A DNA stretch of 64,000 nt, taken from positions 63,736,001 through 63,800,000 of the forward strand of contig NC_043006.1 of NCBI RefSeq assembly GCF_006345805.1, written 5' to 3'. Shown here piece after piece: positions 38,560 through 64,000 of this stretch; positions within the stretch are counted from its first letter, which is position 1; each line of letters begins with the position of its first letter. This DNA is from Octopus sinensis. Its lineage: Eukaryota. Both the position numbers and the translations under genes were made by a program. The notes below the pieces were generated by a model, which saw only the letters and a program-made list of their open reading frames with translations, had not been told where the DNA came from and ran no database searches.

Positions 38560-39420
38560 CTGTAGCGAGCCATTATCAGGTTGTAAGACTGGTGAGATGT
38601 TAGAGGAGGTGAGTGTTTTTAAGAATCTGGGATCACATGTGACGGCGGATGAGAGGCGGGGTTGGCCGAGGAAGTAGGGATATAGAGTGAGGGAAGGGAA
38701 TAAGATAATTGGAGTTGTGAAAGTTAGGCTGAGAGATAAAAGATTGAGTATGAAAGCGAAAAGAGGTGTGTATGAGGGCTTGGTTGTGCCGACAATGTTA
38801 TATGGTACAGAGACGTGGGGTCTGAGAGAGGCAGAAAGGAGGCGACTAGATGTGTTTGAGATGAGATGTTTGAGGGCTGTGGTTGGTGTGACACGGAAGG
38901 ACAGGATGAAGAATAAAGAGGTGCGAAGGCGAGCAAGAATGAGAGAAAAACTAACCAAAATGGGTAGACGAATGTTGAGGTGGTTTGGCCACACGGAGAG
39001 AATGGATGAGGAGCGGATGGTGAGGAGGGTGATGAGGACAAAAGTGGTAGGCAGCAGAACCAGAGACAGACCTCAGTTTGTGTGGATGGATGGAGTGAGG
39101 AAAGCTTTGGTGGTTAGAAGTGTTGGAGTGAGAGAAGCAAGAGTTTATAAATGAGAGCTTGGAGAGTGTGTGGATGGATAGGTGAATTTGATGTTGCTCA
39201 AAGGGATACGGAACCAGCATGATGCGGTGGCGGGGGGTGGGGTAGTAAACAAGCATGTCAGGCCTCGCTGCTGATATTGGGGTTTGCGTTCTATGCCTTG
39301 ACCCAAGCATAAGACGGGACTCGCCTCTTTGAGCTGGGAAATGAATGGAATGCCTGGTATGTCTTGTTGTGACTACCCCGCTCCTAAAAGATTTGGGAAT
39401 AGGCCTGGGTATATAAGAAT
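38560..39420 (+). mobile_element. 5'-truncated RTE LINE
   Basis: FKNLGS, LYGTETW, FEMRCLR, LRWFGHTERM, RDRP...WMDGV. Confidence 0.9.
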
Positions 39421-41597
39421 AAGTCTGAACTAAAGCAAACTCCAGTACAGTCGTGGGCAACCTGCCGGACTTTCTGAATGTTACACCCAACGAAAAATTA
39501 CTCTAAATTTTTAAGCAGTGGGGTCTACTTGATGATGACCCATGTCTCATGCTGGCAGCTTCTCGGAAAAGGTTGCCCATGTCTGTTCTACTACATTCAA
39601 CGTTTCTTGGACTATCTCGCAATTTTAAATTCATCAGACGTGATTAATTAGGTTTTAATTTGTCCCATTAACGCAGTTGTTCGTTCTACTATTCCATGTA
39701 TGTAGTTCACCTGAGCCAAGCCTTTACGGTATCAAGAATATCAGCTTTGTCAATGAAGTAATTTCGTCTTGAAGAGTTTCGAGATGTCGTGTGACATACA
39801 AAGTTGCAGATGTTGGTGGTGGTGACGGCGGATTCTTAAAAAGTTTTTTCGCATGTTGAAGAGGGCGTACTCTAAATTAGTCGACTAAATTAACTTGAAA
39901 TAAAATTAACAGCAATTATGATGTTGTATGACGTTTTGTCCAATAAGAACAGCTGCGGTGATGTTGCTTGACATCGCATCCAGTATAGGAGATCACTCAA
40001 CTGTTTAAACTCAGCAGTATACTTATGGCCCGATTTCTGTATGGGCCATGGCCTAGGAGAGCGCAAGCTTGGGGCTACCCTTTAACGCAGAGAAACCTAA
40101 AGATTGGAGTTTAAAATCTTTTTAAATATTTACAATTTGTTTGTTTTTTAATCCAATGAAGTTCTTTTAAAATTACTGAATTCTCTTTTGATTTGACCCT
40201 TTTAGATTTTAAAATCCATTAAATTTAACCGATACTCCTGGATCTACCGAAGCTCTTTTATTTTTGAGGGCCACTTCAACCAGTTTTGAATTAGCAAAAT
40301 CATAGGGTCCCAACCAGGTGTAAATCCGGCCCAGAGTACACCTTGATAGGCGCGGTGATATATAGCATTATCTCGCTAGATGCTTGATAGGTAAAGCATA
40401 AACTTAGAGGTGAATACATTCTGCACGAAGACAGCATAATTGCCGACATCCTGTATGACAGATTAGAATTCTTGAATCTAGAGATTATCTCCCTTCCATT
40501 TAAGGAGCAGTTTTCATCGCCGTTTGGAAAATTGCGGTGCATCCTCTAGAGGCGGAGATTATGTTAATAAATCAACAATTTATGTAGCATAGTATTTGAT
40601 ATACCCGTATATGTCTGTGAGCACGAGGCTTAGCGGACAATGTGTTACATTCACGATCGCGAGGTCGTGGTTTCGGTATCCAGGCAGGTCAGCGCATTGC
40701 ATTCTTGAGAAAAACTCGTTTCACATTTGACGTGTGGCACACCTGTACAGGTAATGCCGATTTGATGGAGGGAGAGAACTAAAGTAGAGCACTAACATTT
40801 GATCCCTATATAATCATCTGCGCAAGTTGTTCGGCAACAAACTGCAGATAGCTTATATACATGCCAGACATATAGCAAAGACTACATTGTTTTTCTTGTT
40901 TTGTTTTGTTTTCTTGTTTTTTTGTTGTTGTTTTTTTTCTTGCTTGCTTAAAGAGTAGGAAGTGATTTGAGGGATATTTAGCATCTATTTCTTGATTTCT
41001 TGCAGAACGAGCGACTGCATCGCGGTTCAATCAATTGGTTATTTCCTTAGAGTTATCTTCCGCTAACTGTTTGACATTTTCTAAGTCGAATATTATTGTG
41101 AGTTATCTCCCTTGTAACAGGCGATTAAACCGTAAAAGAATTTACACTGAGTTGTGCACACAAAGCGCAGATGCGCGCGAGCTGAACGCGATTATATATT
41201 TTTATTCTTTTTTTTACCTTTCACTTGATCCAGCCGTGCTGGGGCACCACCTTGAAGGTTTTAGTCGAACAAATCGAAAGGTTTTTTTTTAACCCTGGTA
41301 CTTATTCTATCAGTCTCTTTTTGCCAACCGCTAGGTTATGGGATACACACAAACCTGTTGTTACTATTATATCTTGGCTTACACTGATGTTCAGGTAATT
41401 AGAGACGATGATCTTTTAATGTAAACATCCATGTAACCCATTGACCATTCTGGGGTTTTATAAAGAAAATTAAAAATGTCACTTGCGTACAAATTTTACA
41501 GTTACATCCTCATCAACGCCTCTTCTCTGAGGGTAGATGTATCCTTCAAGCAAAGTGAAATACATGTGTGATATACGTACCTCTATATGCTTACATT

Positions 41598-41982
41598 GTC
41601 ATGGCACTCTGTTGGTTACGACGACGAGGGTTCTAGTTGATCTGATCAACGGAACAGCCTGCTCGTGAAACTAACGTGCAAGTGGCTGAGCACTCCACAG
41701 ACGCATGTACCCGTAACGTAGTTCTTGGGGAGATTCAGCATGGCACAGGGTGTGACAAGGCTGGCCCTTTGAAATACAGGTACAACAGAAACAGGAAGAA
41801 AGAGTGAGAGAATGTTGTGTTGTAAGAGTATAGCAGAGTTCGCCACCACCCTCTGCCGGAGTGTCATGGAGCTTTAGATGTTTTTGCTCAATAAACACTC
41901 ACAACGCCCGGTCTGGGAATCGAAACCACGATCCTTCAACCGCAAGTCCGCTGCCCTAACCACTAAGCCATTGCGCCTCCAC
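41598..41982 (-). mobile_element. tRNA-derived SINE, full length
   Basis: Reverse-strand head GTGGAGGCGCAATGGCTTAGTGGTTAGG...GGTTTCGATTCCCAG. The central segment is shared with ~18385-18450 and ~43255-43345. Confidence 0.8.
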
Positions 41983-42299
41983 AAATGCATATATAACCAT
42001 GGTAGTATACGTACTGTGTTTAATACCAAACTGATGTTTATTGTGTAGGAAATAATGGAAGAACACTGAAAGATAGATGAACAGATTCCTGTATTATGAA
42101 AACACACACCACACACGCACACACTTAGGCAACACTCATAGATATGTTATCAACACCTTCATATATTTTCACTGATTTAACCATTGACATGTATGTCAGT
42201 GTGTGTGTGTGTTTATTTCAAATATGTATGTACATATGTATATGAATATGAATATATATATATATATTATATATATATATATTATTTTTGCATAAATAT

Positions 42300-42356
<57 letters not shown>

Positions 42357-42514
42357 ATTTTTGCATAAATATATATATATATATACACATAACAACACAC
42401 ACACATACGGTTGCGCTAGTGGAAACATATACATGGGCCCATAGACGTACACACATATCCAGAGCATCACACAGAGTTCAGTTGATAGACTCATAAACAC
42501 ACAACATTCATGTA

Positions 42515-42558
<44 letters not shown>

Positions 42559-42560
42559 TT

Positions 42561-62859
<20,299 letters not shown>

Positions 62860-63730
62860 CTGACAATGAAATGATAGAAACAGTGTATTAGAAACACTGA
62901 CTTTTATTCTCTTAATTTTGATATTAATGAAAAAGTTTGTAAAATAACTTCGCCATTATTAAGATGGTCTTCAAAACAAATTAACATGAAATTTTGACAA
63001 AAGTCTTTAATTTAGATAACTTTAAAACATAAAATTTGCATCATTGATCCAGAGGCAGTCAGGGGGGGAGGGGGTATCAAAAGTTCAAAATGGTAGGATT
63101 TGAGCTGAGTGAAATTTGATGCATGCACCCTGCCACACACACACATGTGTGTGTGTTAAATTTTGATCTTAATCTTGTAAGTCAAAATTTCATGTTAATT
63201 TGTTTTGAAGACCATCTTAATAATGGCAAAGTTATTTTACAAACTTTTTCATTAATATCATAATTAAGAGAATCAAAGTCAGTGTATTTTGATAACAAAA
63301 TGGTTAAAAAGGAGTAAAGAACACATTGGGTACTTCAGTCCTAGGTGTACCAAGTAGGCACAGGCATGGCTGTGGTAAGATGTTTGCTTCTCAACTACAT
63401 GGTTCTGGCATTCCTAATGTCAATCACCATACAGAGTGCTTTAATGCACTAAAAACATTTTTTATCTTGAATATGCACTACCGAAATTGGGAGTGTGCAT
63501 CTAATGTGACTATACACCAAAATACTTTTCTATAACTAAACCCTTTCAAACTTCGTATACTGGTAGAATGTGTCATATAAAATATCTTTTACTCTTAGCG
63601 TTTTTGAGAAAAACTTATATTTATGAAGTTATTTTGTGTTAAAGTTGTCGTATTTTGGTAATTTCAACCAATCAATCACATGTATTTAGCTGAATAAAAT
63701 TACTGCCGGCATTTATCAACAACTACCGGC

Positions 63731-64000
63731 GGTGTATTTTTCATTTGTCACTGTTATTTATGACATCGTTCGTGCATTAGTATTGGTTTTAGCTTTAGGG
63801 GGTTAGGGTTTTAGAGTTAGGGTTAAGATGTTGGGGTTGGGATTTTAGGGTTAGAGTTACAGAAAAAAAATGAAAAATGAAGCACAAACGATTATGGTGG
63901 TGCCATGAAGTAAACATGCTTCAGATACACTCGTTTATTCATACAAACGTAACTGAGATGAAATATGTCATAAATAACAGTGACAAACGAAATATACACC
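63731..64000. mobile_element. inverted-repeat element with a degenerate TTAGGG-like core, cut off by the window end
   Basis: 36-bp arms at 63731-63766 and 63965-64000 (2 mismatches); GGTTAGGG-like repeats at 63795-63858. Confidence 0.6.

Noticed and set aside
63795-63858. True telomere or chromosome end
   Set aside because: Short, degenerate, inside a gene intron and between inverted repeats.

Overview
Eukaryotic, AT-rich and microsatellite-saturated DNA. The (TA)n/(CA)n/(TATG)n/(GA)n arrays and the tRNA-SINE repertoire suggest an octopus or other coleoid cephalopod (inference). Most of the supplied ORFs are repeat artefacts. The right third (42.5-64 kb, minus strand) holds 12 phase-consistent GT-AG coding exons plus a candidate 18-nt microexon of the spliceosomal DEAD-box helicase DDX23/PRP28; its 5' exons lie beyond the window. 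The left 42 kb is mostly transposon-rich intergenic DNA. It contains a decayed Tc1, a full-length ~6 kb Rep-helicase Helitron with a 375-bp non-autonomous derivative, a CR1-group LINE, RTE fragments, several SINE families and one candidate small single-pass membrane-protein ORF. Three signals stand out. (1) A TSD-bounded 1.6-kb retroposon encodes only a gag-like CCHC ORF1. It belongs to a family whose three diverged copies keep a sequence-variable 3' hairpin and whose tail is shared with a SINE. (2) There are minimal type-I hammerhead ribozyme motifs: one with a canonical core inside a TSD-bounded insertion, and a family with a variant U6 core. (3) DDX23 introns show a microexon, long inverted repeats and a CpG-decay footprint limited to the gene body. 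Everything was read by eye; no database searches or folding programs were run.
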